A DNA stretch of 63,123 bases, the filler included, from Octopus bimaculoides (Eukaryota): assembly GCF_001194135.2 (NCBI RefSeq). It is 7 parts of 7 records of this genome, joined end to end, with 100 filler letters (N's around TTAATTAATTAA, not from the genome) between each part and the next. Parts side by side here need not be neighbours in the genome. Positions count along the whole stretch, not along the records: positions 23,844 to 44,365 come from NC_068991.1; 6 more parts are not named here. One strand, written 5' to 3'. Numbering within the stretch: the stretch's first letter is position 1; the number at the start of each line of letters is the position of its first letter. Shown here piece by piece: positions 26,081 to 38,194 of this stretch. A program made the position numbers and the translations under genes. The notes under the pieces were generated by a model that was not told the origin of the DNA, did not search any database, and saw only the letters and a list, made by a program, of their open reading frames with translations.

Positions 26081-29000
26081 ATACACACACTCTTACATGA
26101 AAACATACATATATGTGTGTATAAGTGTGTGTGTGTAGTTCGCATTAATGGACAGATGTTGTGCGTGCGTAATAGAAGACTAAGGTTTGGTTCCACGGCA
26201 TCCTGTTACTATTTCCTTACTTCCCCTTTCTTTTCCTGCTCCTCTAGGATAGGGAAGGATAATGAAAAATTGTTTTTTTCTTCCGGTTTATCTGATGTAG
26301 TTTTGTAAATTTGACACCGTCGCTCCCTATTGGAGCAAATATTCCACTGTAGATATTTTGATTTGAAGGTCATAACATAATATGAAGGGTCGGTCACATA
26401 TGCTTTTACTTGAACACGACTGAGGACAACGAATATCATTGTTCTCGTCTCTGAAGCCTTTGCGGTTCTTTGAAGTGGTTGTGGTAATGGTACTGGTAAT
26501 TGTGATGGTGGTAGTGGTGGTGGTAGTGATACTCATTGATAGGTGATGGGTGTTGTTTATTACGAAAGAATTGGATGAAATTGCTATTGTTATTCGTATT
26601 GTTGTTGCTGTTGTTGATAGTCTTGTGATCAAGAAATCATATGAGGTATTCTAGTTGTTACCATCACATTTATAATTTGTAGGTAAAATGTGCCGAAGAT
26701 TACAATGTACTGCATTTGATGGCATATAAGATACACTTTTCTTTCCACAAATATATGTCTCAAAAATTCACTCCATGTCCCACATGCAAAGTAAGACCTT
26801 CCCTAAGCTAACTTTATTCTCGACGTTCACTACTATTGGTCACTTCTCTCTAACCTGACTTCTTGCTTTATGTTCAGCACTACCGCTGACCCACTTTTTA
26901 TACACAATAATGTTTTCTGCCATAGCTAATGTACTTTTGTAATGATTTGTGATGTACTGTTAGAATGCTTTAAATGCTGGTTTCAAATTTTGGCATATGG
27001 CCAGCAATTTCATGGGACGGAGTAAGCCGATTATATCTAGCCCGTTGTTCAACTGGTATTTATTTTATCGACCCCAAAATAATCAGTTCAGTTTCACAGC
27101 GTAGCACCTTGGACAAGTGTCTTCTACTATAGCTTCGGGCCAACCATAGCCATGTGAGTGGATTTAGTAGACGGAAACCGAAAGAAGCTTCTGTGTGTAT
27201 GTGTGTGTGTATGTGTGTGTGTCTTTGTGTGTTTTAGTGTCTGTGTTTATCCCCCTCTATCGCTTGACAACCGATGTTGGTGTGTTTATGTTCCTGTAAA
27301 TTAGCTGTTCGGCAAAACAGATAAATAGAATAAGTACTATTCCATAAAAAGTACTGGAATCGATTCAACCAACTAAAACTTCTTCAAAGCAGTGCCCCAG
27401 CATGGCCGCACTATAATGACTGAAATGAGTAAAAGATAAAAGATATTAATGATAATGAATTTCTACTTATCCTAATGGATTATCTATGAAGGTGGCCGGA
27501 TGCTATTCATATTAAAAATAGGAAGAATATTACGTGTAATTTCTTTTCAGAATCAGCTTGCAAGTGAGCTGCAGTCATCCTCCCTTGGTGAGCGAAACTT
27601 TGCTAAAGAATATTTGGGCAAATATATTTGCGTTAAAGATTTTGGTGTCAGCCAAAGTCACGAATTATTCGATGGGAATAATCTCAATCATTGAAGGCTT
27701 TAGATTGGCAGGATTCTTTATAATGCATCATTATATCACTCGCAAATAGAATTGCAGAACGTATGGTAAACAATTAGAATGGGGCTAAAGACGTTCTCCT
27801 GCTACAAAGGTAATATTAGCCATTTTCGTGTCGATCATTACTCAGTTATCGCACAATTCCAAATATCAACAAAGTTTACAAAGTGCTTCTGCATCTATAA
27901 AATGAAGGATTTGTTCACCATTGACAAGTATTATTCCAATGCTGAGAAGATGTAATAGAAAAATGTTATAATTCGACATCTGGAGTTGAAAGTTTTGAAA
28001 TGCAAGCTGAGGACAATATTGCTCATGTTACAAGATATAGGGATAAATTTTGGTTCATGCACATTGTCAAGACAGAAAATAAATAAATAAATAGATCAGT
28101 AAATAAATAAATAAACTGGATATCTTGAAGCAGGAGAATGTAATGCGCATAGCAACGATCATGATAGTACCCATTTTGGTAGTAGTAGTAGTAGTAGTAG
28201 TAGTAGTATGGGGGCATGCGCTGTTACAGTGCGTCGCTGCATCTATCATTTGTTGGTGATTCCTTTCTACTCTTGGTAGGTAACATCTTTGCACAATCAG
28301 GAAACAACCCTCTAACCCATGGGTCTGTTCTAGGTAGTCATTTCTGGTGAGGGTTTTACGAAGTCGGAGTGCAAATCCTACGTCAACCTCTTAGTACTTA
28401 TTCTATCGACGTATTTTGCCGAACCGCTAAGTTACAGGAACGTAAACAAACCAGCACCGGTTGTCAAGTGATGAAAGGTGATAAACACAGACATAAGGAC
28501 ACACACACACACANNNNNNNNNNNNNNNNNNNNNNNNNNNNNNNNNNNNNNNNNNNNNNNNNNNNNNNNNNNNNNNNNNNNNNNNNNNNNNNNNNNNNNN
28601 NNNNNNNNNNNNNNNNNNNNNNNNNNNNNNNNNNNNNNNNNNNNNNNNNNNNNNNNNNNNNNNNNNNNNNNNNNNNNNNNNNNNNNNNNNNNNNNNNNNN
28701 NNNNNNNNNNNNNNNNNNNNNNNNNNNNNNNNNNNNNNNNNNNNNNNNNNNNNNNNNNNNNNNNNNNNNNNNNNNNNNNNNNNNNNNNNNNNNNNNNNNN
28801 NNNNNNNNNNNNNNNNNNNNNNNNNNNNNNNNNNNNNNNNNNNNNNNNNNNNNNNNNNNNNNNNNNNNNNNNNNNNNNNNNNNNNNNNNNNNNNNNNNNN
28901 NNNNNNNNNNNNNNNNNNNNNNNNNNNNNNNNNNNNNNNNNNNNNNNNNNNNNNNNNNNNNNNNNNNNNNNNNNNNNNNNNNNNNNNNNNNNNNNNNNNN

Positions 29001-29830
29001 NNNNNNNNNNNNNNNNNNNNNNNNNNNNNNNNNNNNNNNNNNNNNNNNNNNNNNNNNNNNNNNNNNNNNNNNNNNNNNNNNNNNNNNNNNNNNNNNNNNN
29101 NNNNNNNNNNNNNNNNNNNNNNNNNNNNNNNNNNNNNNNNNNNNNNNNNNNNNNNNNNNNNNNNNNNNNNNNNNNNNNNNNNNNNNNNNNNNNNNNNNNN
29201 NNNNNNNNNNNNNNNNNNNNNNNNNNNNNNNNNNNNNNNNNNTATATATATATATATATATATATATGGATAAATAGATAGGCAGACAGATAGATAAATA
29301 GATAGGTAGATAGATAGATAAATAAACAGAAAAGAGAAACAATGAAACAAAACAGGAAAGCTTGTTTACATAATATTTATTATAAAATATGTAACTAATT
29401 ACATTTGCATCCTGTTGGATTTTGGGTTCGGTCCCTTTACGTGGCACCCCTTGGTTAAGAATCTTCTACTCTTGTTCTGGGTCGACCAATACCTTGCAAG
29501 TAAATTTGGTAGACGGGAACTATGTAAAAGATGGCGTATATGTGTGTAGGGGGAGGCCTTTGAGTCGATCTTTGCCACACACACAAACACTGTTTCACAA
29601 ACGGTGCTGGTTTGTTTACGTCCCTCCAAAACTTAGCAGTTCGGAGAAAGACACCAATAGAATAGGTACCAGACTTAAAACGAAAACAAAAAAACACAAC
29701 ATAAATGCTGGGGTCGATTTGTTCAACTAAAACACTTCTAAGCGGTGCCCCTGCTTGGGCACAGTCCAATTACCGAAATGAAACAAGTAAAACTCTCTTG
29801 TTTTGTTTTGCTTACTGTGTTCAATTTCTT

Positions 29831-30035
29831 TATTGCCCACAAGGGGCTAAACATAGAGAGGACAAACAAAGGGGTTAAGTCGATTACATCGACCCAGTGC
29901 GTAACTGGTACTTAATTTATCGACCCCGAAAGGATGAAAGGCAAAGTCGACCTCGGCGGAATTTGAACTCAGAACGTAACGGCAGACGAAATACCGCTAA
30001 GCATTTCGCCCGTTATGCTAACGTTTCTGCCAGCT
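29831..30035 (-). mobile_element. tRNA-head SINE family 2
   Basis: Minus strand AGCTGGCAGAAACGTTAGCA..TGAGTTCAAATTCCGCCGAGGTCGACTTTGCCTTTCATCCTTTCGGGGTCGATAAA; plus-strand copy at 18200-18412, fragment at 26965-27080. Confidence 0.8.
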
Positions 30036-30854
30036 ATTTACGTGCTCTGTGACCTCTGTGGTCTCGCTAGCTGTTTTTTTCCAACAAAATGACTCATCCT
30101 CACAATTTCTATTTGGATAAACAAGAATTTATATGGAATTATAAATACTGGGCCGTTTTTATCCATTTTTCTTCAATTTTTTTNNNNNNNNNNNNNNNNN
30201 NNNNNNNNNNNNNNNNNNNNNNNNNNNNNNNNNNNNNNNNNNNNNNNNNNNNNNNNNNNNNNNNNNNNNNNNNNNNNNNNNNNNNNNNNNNNNNNNNNNN
30301 NNNNNNNNNNNNNNNNNNNNNNNNNNNNNNNNNNNNNNNNNNNNNNNNNNNNNNNNNNNNNNNNNNNNNNNNNNNNNNNNNNNNNNNNNNNNNNNNNNNN
30401 NNNNNNNNNNNNNNNNNNNNNNNNNNNNNNNNNNNNNNNNNNNNNNNNNNNNNNNNNNNNNNNNNNNNNNNNNNNNNNNNNNNNNNNNNNNNNNNNNNNN
30501 NNNNNNNNNNNNNNNNNNNNNNNNNNNNNNNNNGATAGAGCATAATGAGAAAATGTTTGAAATATTTGTAGTTTTACCAGGTAATGAAACTTCGAAGATA
30601 TACCGTCAACTTTACTAATATTATTTAGTAGATAATCTTTTAATGTGAAGTATGTTTGTCTGTGTTTTGCTTATCCCAGAGTTGCCTCCGATGTAGCAGA
30701 CACATGGCATATTTTTTTTCTTTTTTCTTCCTGAAATACTGTAAATCTGTGTTTTTCTTTTTATGAAAGGGTGTATTTTAAGAGAGATTTGGCTGCTATT
30801 TGTATTAACTCAAGCTACCACAGAAACACCTGTGTGTATATGTGTGTGTGTTTC

Positions 30855-31150
30855 CATTCCAAGTGAATACTCCTACCTTGACAATGATGAAACGCTTTTA
30901 CAGTATGACAGTGGGATGGAAGATTCAAAACGAATACAAATGTTTGCAAGTGACGAAGCACTTCTACAGTTAAAACAGCACAAGAACTGGGTGGCAGACG
31001 GAACATTTAAGCGCTGCTCTAGTATATATTTTTAGTTATATATACTTCACATTCTAATTGATAATTTTAATGCCCCCACGATTGTTCGCATTGCTTTCCG
31101 ACAAAAGTCAAGACACATATAGTAGATTTTTTGCCAAAATAAGTGAATTA
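30855..31150 (+). mobile_element. Mutator/MULE DDE transposase fragment
   Basis: LLQYDSGMEDSKRIQMFASDEALLQLKQHKNWVADGTFKRCSSIYF*LYILH..LLSDKSQDTYSRFFAKISEL; the DGTFK first-Asp motif and the LYxIH and LLxxKxxxTY motifs are typical of MULE. Confidence 0.75.
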
Positions 31151-31159
31151 CTGTAGAAT

Positions 31160-31697
31160 GAGGTTGCGAGTGCTTGGTATCAACATACACCGGGAAAAGT
31201 AATGGATGAAAAAGGGAAAACAAAAATCCTCTGGGACTTTGCTTCACAGACAGACAAGGTGTTAGAGCACCGAAGGCCGGATATAGTTATCTTTGGGAGG
31301 GACAAACCAGAGTGCCTAACAATCGACATGGCAGTGCCAAGAGAGCAACATATCATGAAAGAAAGAGAAAAGGTTGATAAATATGGAGACCTGAGAAGTG
31401 AGAACGCTAAGATGTTGCAGCTAGGAAAGTCGAACGTAAAGATTATCCCTATTGTCATCGAAGCATTGGGTTCAATACCACCGAATCTGAAAAAAAAAAA
31501 CATATGAAAACCTACTATCTAGTTGTATTGCAAAAGTCGGCATTACTTGGAATTGCACGCACATTGCTCAAAGTACTGTCTGTCTGAGGTTCTTGTGACT
31601 TGACAAACTGTACAAACCCCGGGTAGACACAATATCTTCAATCGTCAACCTCACGATATTCTACACTGTGCGACGTCTATAACAACAACAACGATAA
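31160..31697 (+). mobile_element. R4/Dong-like RLE domain and 3' UTR, subfamily A
   Basis: WYQHTPGKVMDEKGKTKILWDFASQTDKVLEHRRPDIVIF..TIDMAVP..KEREKVDKYGDL..IIPIVIEALGSIP (PD-(D/E)xK RLE pattern); ends CGACGTCTAT(AAC)n. Confidence 0.85.
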
Positions 31698-33337
31698 ATG
31701 CCCTGATGTGGTACCAGGCAGTGGCTCTCATGGCTTCTGATGTTAACTGATTGGAAGTGTTATCATGTACATTGTTTTGTCTTGGTATAAAAAATGGGAT
31801 GCGGCAAATATTCTGATTCATTCCACAGATTTGCTTGTCAGGTGTTTGACCTTAATGAGTTGAGCCTGTCCCTTAGTGGCTGACGATATGTGCATCTCTG
31901 ATCATGAGCAGAAGTAGAGGGGAAGCATCATAGCCATGCGTTGAGAGGAATTCTTTGGGGTTTGAATAATTCACTGTGGTGTGTGCGTACGAGTAGATGT
32001 AATCGCCTTACCTCGGTTTTCCTTTCCTCGACTGCGAGTCCGTCTTGCGGTATCCGATCCTTGAAGCTTGCCCCGACCCAAAGTACACCAGGTATAGCAG
32101 CTGCTTCTCCCAAACCTTCCCAAACCTAGACCGTCGCTTAACACGTCTTGTCCTGACCGCAGCCCCGTTCGAAAAGGGCACGAACGCCGATCGAGGCTCC
32201 CTCTGCCCTTTTTCCCCTTCCGGTCGACTCGCCCTTCCGGTCAGCCTCCCCAGACACTGACGTCATACCACATTCACCTCTGGAAACATGGGTGTTTCGT
32301 TTAATATCCTTAAACAACCCTTATTCAGGGACCTTTTGAGCGGGATGGGCTACTCGACCTGAAGAAAATTCTAACAGGGCCCCCACCTGCAAGGTCATGC
32401 NNNNNNNNNNNNNNNNNNNNNNNNNNNNNNNNNNNNNNNNNNNNNNNNNNNNNNNNNNNNNNNNNNNNNNNNNNNNNNNNNNNNNNNNNNNNNNNNNNNN
32501 NNNNNNNNNNNNNNNNNNNNNNNNNNNNNNNNNNNNNNNNNNNNNNNNNNNNNNNNNNNNNNNNNNNNNNNNNNNNNNNNNNNNNNNNNNNNNNNNNNNN
32601 NNNNNNNNNNNNNNNNNNNNNNNNNNNNNNNNNNNNNNNNNNNNNNNNNNNNNNNNNNNNNNNNNNNNNNNNNNNNNNNNNNNNNNNNNNNNNNNNNNNN
32701 NNNNNNNNNNNNNNNNNNNNNNNNNNNNNNNNNNNNNNNNNNNNNNNNNNNNNNNNNNNNNNNNNNNNNNNNNNNNNNNNNNNNNNNNNNNNNNNNNNNN
32801 NNNNNNNNNNNNNNNNNNNNNNNNNNNNNNNNNNNNNNNNNNNNNNNNNNNNNNNNNNNNNNNNNNNNNNNNNNNNNNNNNNNNNNNNNNNNNNNNNNNN
32901 NNNNNNNNNNNNNNNNNNNNNNNNNNNNNNNNNNNNNNNNNNNNNNNNNNNNNNNNNNNNNNNNNNNNNNNNNNNNNNNNNNNNNNNNNNNNNNNNNNNN
33001 NNNNNNNNNNCGAAACACCCATGTTTCCAGAGGTGAATGTGGTATGACGTCAGCCTCCCCAGACACTGACGTCATACCACATTCACCTCTGGAAACATGG
33101 GTGTTTCGTTTAATATCCTTAAACAACCCTTATTCAGGGACCTTTTGAGCGGGATGGGCTACTCGACCTGAAGAAAATTCTAACAGGGCCCCCACCTGCA
33201 AGGTCATGCTCTGTTAATATTAATACGAGATCACTAAACTGCGCAAATATGGTTGTGATGCATGTGTCTGGTGTACCCTTACCAGACATGTAGTTATGAT
33301 GGGTATACTGGGTTTCGTATATTTGTACTCTCACTCA
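31698..33337 (+). mobile_element. ~540-bp (AAT)n-associated repeat, copy 3, interrupted by a solo LTR and an assembly gap
   Basis: Aligns to 439-975 at 31698-31974, 32273-32400 and 33080-33337; followed by (AAT)n. Confidence 0.8.
31975..32272. mobile_element. Solo LTR (298 bp, TGT...ACA) with 5-bp TSD
   Basis: GC-rich insert with TGTGGT...ACCACA termini; TTCAC duplicated at 31970-31974 and 32273-32277; the host repeat is continuous across this point in its other copies. Confidence 0.75.
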
Positions 33338-33349
33338 GTAATGATGATG

Positions 33350-33412
<63 letters not shown>

Positions 33413-33609
33413 TGCTAACTCAAGTGATATGTTAAATATATAGAGAAATCCGTTTAATAGTTCATGCCTAGCCTATTTAGGATTCTATTGAAGTTCTCAA
33501 AAAATGTAAAAAAATAAACAAAGCATTTAGGTTTGTATGGTGCGTTAAGTTGCTTTATCAGTAATCTATCACGATTAGGATGTTAATTATACATACATCG
33601 TATGTAAAC

Positions 33610-33640
<31 letters not shown>

Positions 33641-34883
33641 CATATCCACCCAACTCGAAAACATCAGCTTTTTTTTTTCCATTTCGGAAAGACATAGTTC
33701 AGAAAGCAGGAGCGGATTGCTTGACGTAAATGAATTGACCAATTATATTAATACGGAAAACGATCCTCGACTACAGTAACAGCCACTACAGACAATATAA
33801 AAGAATTTCTACACTACTTCGCATCAGAAGACTTCTGTCATTCATGAATCGTGTTTCAAACATTATATTCAGCTGAAGGATTTTTCTCTGTTCCGTTTGG
33901 TTGCGCTCACAACTGTAATCGTTTGTTTTGCCTTCTTTCCCCCTGACATACATTTCAAGGACGCAGCTACATACAATATATATACAACAATTTTTAAGAC
34001 GCTGAAGTGAAGTTTGAAGGAGATTCGGCTGTTTGATCTAGCGGCTCGAACGACTACGTAGAAACACCATCAATCGCTCGCACAGTCGTGTGTGCATATT
34101 ATTGGTTCTGAATAAAGGTAAGTTAGCTTTACACTAATTTTTGTTGTGATTGTTGTTTAGCACCAGATCAATCCTCTTTGAGCAAACATGAGCAAAGCCA
34201 TTCCAACCGTGACATCTCCCTCCCTTTTTTTATAGCCACAGTACATAGAGCTGTATTATCTAATGTAGCACTTTCTTTTAACATTTTGCTCGTCTTTTGT
34301 TTCACATGTGATACACAGAACATATTTTTCTGGCGTCCATGCATCATATATAATACATATATCCAATTTTATTTCAACCACCAGAAATATTTTATTTCAA
34401 CCAATTTTATTTCAACCACCAATTTTATTTCAACCACCAAACATCTTTGGTCTTAGGGAAAGAAAAATTTACATTTATGACACAAGGGCTTACTAAAAAC
34501 CTGAAAGCAATCGTGGCTGTTTTGGACAAACTTATGAAAATGCTTTGGACAAGCAAAAGGTTAAAACGGTAGGGTTTCATATTAGGAAGATTTGGTAGCT
34601 TTAATTATTGTTGCAGTAATTGCTGTTGCTAAGCCTCAAGTCAGCACTGTTCTAGTAGAGCTTTGATCAAAAGCAATCCACTAATGACCATTCTGTTTGT
34701 TTTCAGATGTTATCAAATACTACATTACACAATGTAGTAACAGATATCATTTTAAAGTCTGTAGGGTATAACACTGTGTAACACGATTTTTGTCCTTGGG
34801 TAACAACTGTTATTTCCTATTTGCTTACCTTTAGAAAGTACGAAAAATGGCCAATATTTCCTTCAAACTGCTCTTGCTACATT

Positions 34884-35060
34884 TATTCAAACTCCAAAGA
34901 ATCAATCTCAACACATGGTTACAATGCTTCTCCACTACTCCTGCTCATGATCAGGGATGCACATACTGTCAGCCACTAAAGGACGTGCTCAAGGAGTTAA
35001 GGTTAAACAACTAACAAACAAATCTGAGGTATTGAGCAGAATATTTGTTATAACGACATT
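34884..35060 (-). mobile_element. ~540-bp (AAT)n-associated repeat, internal fragment, copy 4
   Basis: GATCAGGGATGCACATACTGTCAGCCACTAAAGGAC...GTATTGAGCAGAATATTTG matches copy 2. Confidence 0.65.
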
Positions 35061-36059
35061 TCTGCTTCAGCAACTCAGCGCTGAATCTGTTTGATATGTA
35101 ATGGAAAATTGGCGAATTTCAAAATATTGATGTCCAGGCCACAAAAGCAAAGTTTGAAGGGAATAAAGTTTCTAGATAGAAGCAAATATGAAATAACACT
35201 AACCAAAGACAAAAAAAAGTAGAATTTGTTACACTGTAATTCAACCCTTTACATGTCCAAAACATTTTACCTGTTCAAAACACTTGTACAAGTTTGTCCT
35301 AACGTCCATGCTTGACTTTTAGTTAGCGCTTGTCTCATACATTCTGAGTAAGATAGAGCTTTCCTTTCATAAGTCGCAAGTTACTCTGGAGATGAAAAAT
35401 AAAAAAGAAAAGAAAAGGGAATCTGTAGCATATACGATGCGTGGATGCCAAGGAATTATGCCCTGTGTATTAAATGTGATACACAGGACAGTCAAAGTGC
35501 TAACGAGAATTTCCTTGCATTTTCAAATAGGTCTAGCGACAACATAAAGTCTTCCGAATTGGCTTGTTATTGTTACTGTTGCTTTCGTAGGAAGTGTGAA
35601 GGTTGACTAAACAGAGTGACTGACGTACGAGCCGTCTTTATTTAGTCACGTGGTTCTAAGTTCAGAGTTCGAATTCCATTGAGAGAGACTGTGTTTTTCA
35701 TACATTTGGGGTTCTCATTTACTTGCTTCAGTCATTGCACTGCCACCACGCTGGGGCACCGCCTTGAAGCATTTAGTCTTGCAAGGTGGATACATCGACC
35801 CCAGTACTTATTTTAAAATCTGGTACTTATTCTATCGGTTTTTCTTTTGAGAGAAGACGTAATCAAACCAATAACGGTTGTCAAGGGATGTGTGTGTGTA
35901 AGTGAGGGGGTGACAAACAGCAACACATACATACATACATACATACATACAATATTATATCAACTGTCAGACGAACGGCCACCTGAAACTATAAGCAACA
36001 TTTCGTGAAGATTATTTTTTTAGCTTTAATAAATAGTATATTACTCTACTTTTAGTGAA

Positions 36060-36402
36060 GTTACATGGCTCAGTGGTTCGAGCGTCGGGATCACAATAAT
36101 GAGGTAGTGAGTTGGATTCGCGGACCAGGCTATGCGTTATGTTCTTGAGCAAGACACTTTATTTCATGTTGCTCCAGACCACTCATCTGTAGAAATGAGT
36201 TACGACGTCACAGGTGTCAAGCTGCATCGACCTATGCCTTTTCTTTGGATAACATCGGTGGCGTAGAGAGGGGAGGTTAATATGCATGGGCGACTGCTGG
36301 TCTTCCATAAACAACCTTGCCCAGATTTGTGCCTCGGAGGGAAACTTTCTAGGTGCAATTCCATGGTCATTCATCTCCGAGAGGGCTCTTTACTTTACCT
36401 TT
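36060..36402 (+). mobile_element. tRNA-head SINE family 3 (central TTGAGCAAGACACTTTATTTC..TTGCTCCAG domain)
   Basis: TGGCTCAGTGG head, B-box-like GAGTTGGATTCGC, TTTACCTTT tail. Related heads at 13183-13392 (-), 40150-40445 (-), 52630-52822 (-), 41575-41680 (+). Confidence 0.7.
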
Positions 36403-36978
36403 TAAATTCGAATACTATTTTTTGTACCTTGTTTTATATCAATGTGCTTACTTGCGTGTGTGTGTGTGTGTGTGTGTGTGAGTGTGTGCGCGTGTGAGTG
36501 TGTGTGTGTGTGTAATTAGTGTGTCAGGTTACTCTTGAGCGTTACTGGTACTACATAACCCAGTACAACTTGTAGCATGGTCAGGTCGTCAGTGACTAAG
36601 CAGCAGTCGACCCAACCAAGCCTGACTTGGTGAGTAGGACGCTTTTTGGACAGCCTACAGAATGAAAAACGAGACCCATCAAGGACGGATGAACTCAGGN
36701 NNNNNNNNNNNNNNNNNNNNNNNNNNNNNNNNNNNNNNNNNNNNNNNNNNNNNNNNNNNNNNNNNNNNNNNNNNNNNNNNNNNNNNNNNNNNNNNNNNNN
36801 NNNNNNNNNNNNNNNNNNNNNNNNNNNNNNNNNNNNNNNNNNNNNNNNNNNNNNNNNNNNNNNNNNNNNNNNNNNNNNNNNNNNNNNNNNNNNNNNNNNN
36901 NNNATATATATATGCCCACACTCACATACATGCATACATAGACTCATGTATGTGTGTACACACACATATAACACACGT

Positions 36979-37021
<43 letters not shown>

Positions 37022-37345
37022 CGCACACACATATACATATATATCTGTTTAATATATTTTTATCATTTCCTTGTTTTGTTACTGTTTGTATGTGTGTGTG
37101 TGTGGGGGGGGCGTGTCTGTCTGTCTGTCTGTTTGTCTGTATGCATGCATGCATGCATGCATGCATGTATGTATGTATGTATGTATGTATGTATGTATGT
37201 ATGTATGTATGTATCTATCTATCTATCTGGTATTTTGATTTAGTGCACTGTCGTACTCTAGCAGTGCTTTTGTGCTACGTTAATCGTAGAGTGGATGAAA
37301 TGTAGCCGAATGTTATGCGAACGGAGTATGGCGGAATGCTTAAGA

Positions 37346-37525
37346 CAGTAGTGTAACTAGGAGGGGAACGAATGTGGCAGTCCACCCCCAAGCAAATCCT
37401 TTGATGGGGGCGATACTTTTGCGTTTGCTGTATAAGCCTGCAAAGGGTTGGGGCCCCGCAGGAGCGGGAATTGGAGGAAAACTCAGGAACTGCCCTAGCA
37501 TGCACTCAATGTAGCTACGTCACTG
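37346..37525. mobile_element. Small hAT-like MITE, 180 bp
   Basis: Imperfect TIRs CAGTAGTGTAACTA vs CAGTGACGTAGCTA (10/14); flanks GCTTAAGA / TTTTAAGA (6/8 putative 8-bp TSD). Confidence 0.55.
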
Positions 37526-37982
37526 TTTTAAGAAGTTTTTTTTTTTTTTTTTTTTTTGCAATCACAGGTTCGCAAATCTATATGATACCTTACGGGCAAG
37601 TATCTTTTATTACATCTTTGGACCGAATCAAGTCTTGTGAGTCAAAACTGGGAAGTAGACGAAAATTATGCTCGCCAAATGAATTATACTTGTAATTTAA
37701 AAGGCTGCCTTAATAATAATAATAANNNNNNNNNNNNNNNNNNNNNNNNNNNNNNNNNNNNNNNNNNNNNNNNNNNNNNNNNNNNNNNNNNNNNNNNNNN
37801 NNNNNNNNNNNNNNNNNNNNNNNNNNNNNNNNNNNNNNNNNNNNNNNNNNNNNNNNNNNNNNNNNNNNNNNNNNNNNNNNNNNNNNNNNNNNNNNNNNNN
37901 NNNNNNNNNNNNNNNNNNNNNNNNNNNNNNNNNNNNNNNNNNNNNNNNNNNNNNNNNNNNNNNNNNNNNNNNNNNNNNNNNN

Positions 37983-38094
<112 letters not shown>

Positions 38095-38137
38095 AATGCT
38101 TTAAAAAAAAGTAGGAAAACTCAACGACTTTACCTGT

Positions 38138-38166
38138 CATTTCATTTTCCTTTTATTTTTTTTCAG
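38138..38166 (+). promoter_or_regulatory. 3' splice acceptor (polypyrimidine tract + CAG) of the GPCR coding exon
   Basis: CATTTCATTTTCCTTTTATTTTTTTTCAG ends at 38166, 28 nt before the ATG; implies a 5' UTR intron. Confidence 0.7.
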
Positions 38167-38194
38167 TTCTTGTAAAGGAGTTGTTTTATAAAAC

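Noticed and set aside
26215-26250. Polypyrimidine+AG acceptor-like tracts (also ~47550-47570) as extra GPCR exons
   Set aside because: No matching donor or coding signal; such tracts are common in this composition and need RNA evidence.
33011-33108. Perfect 43-bp inverted repeat with a 12-nt loop
   Set aside because: It starts exactly at a contig edge and lies in sequence duplicating 32241-32400; typical fold-back chimeric read or assembly artefact.
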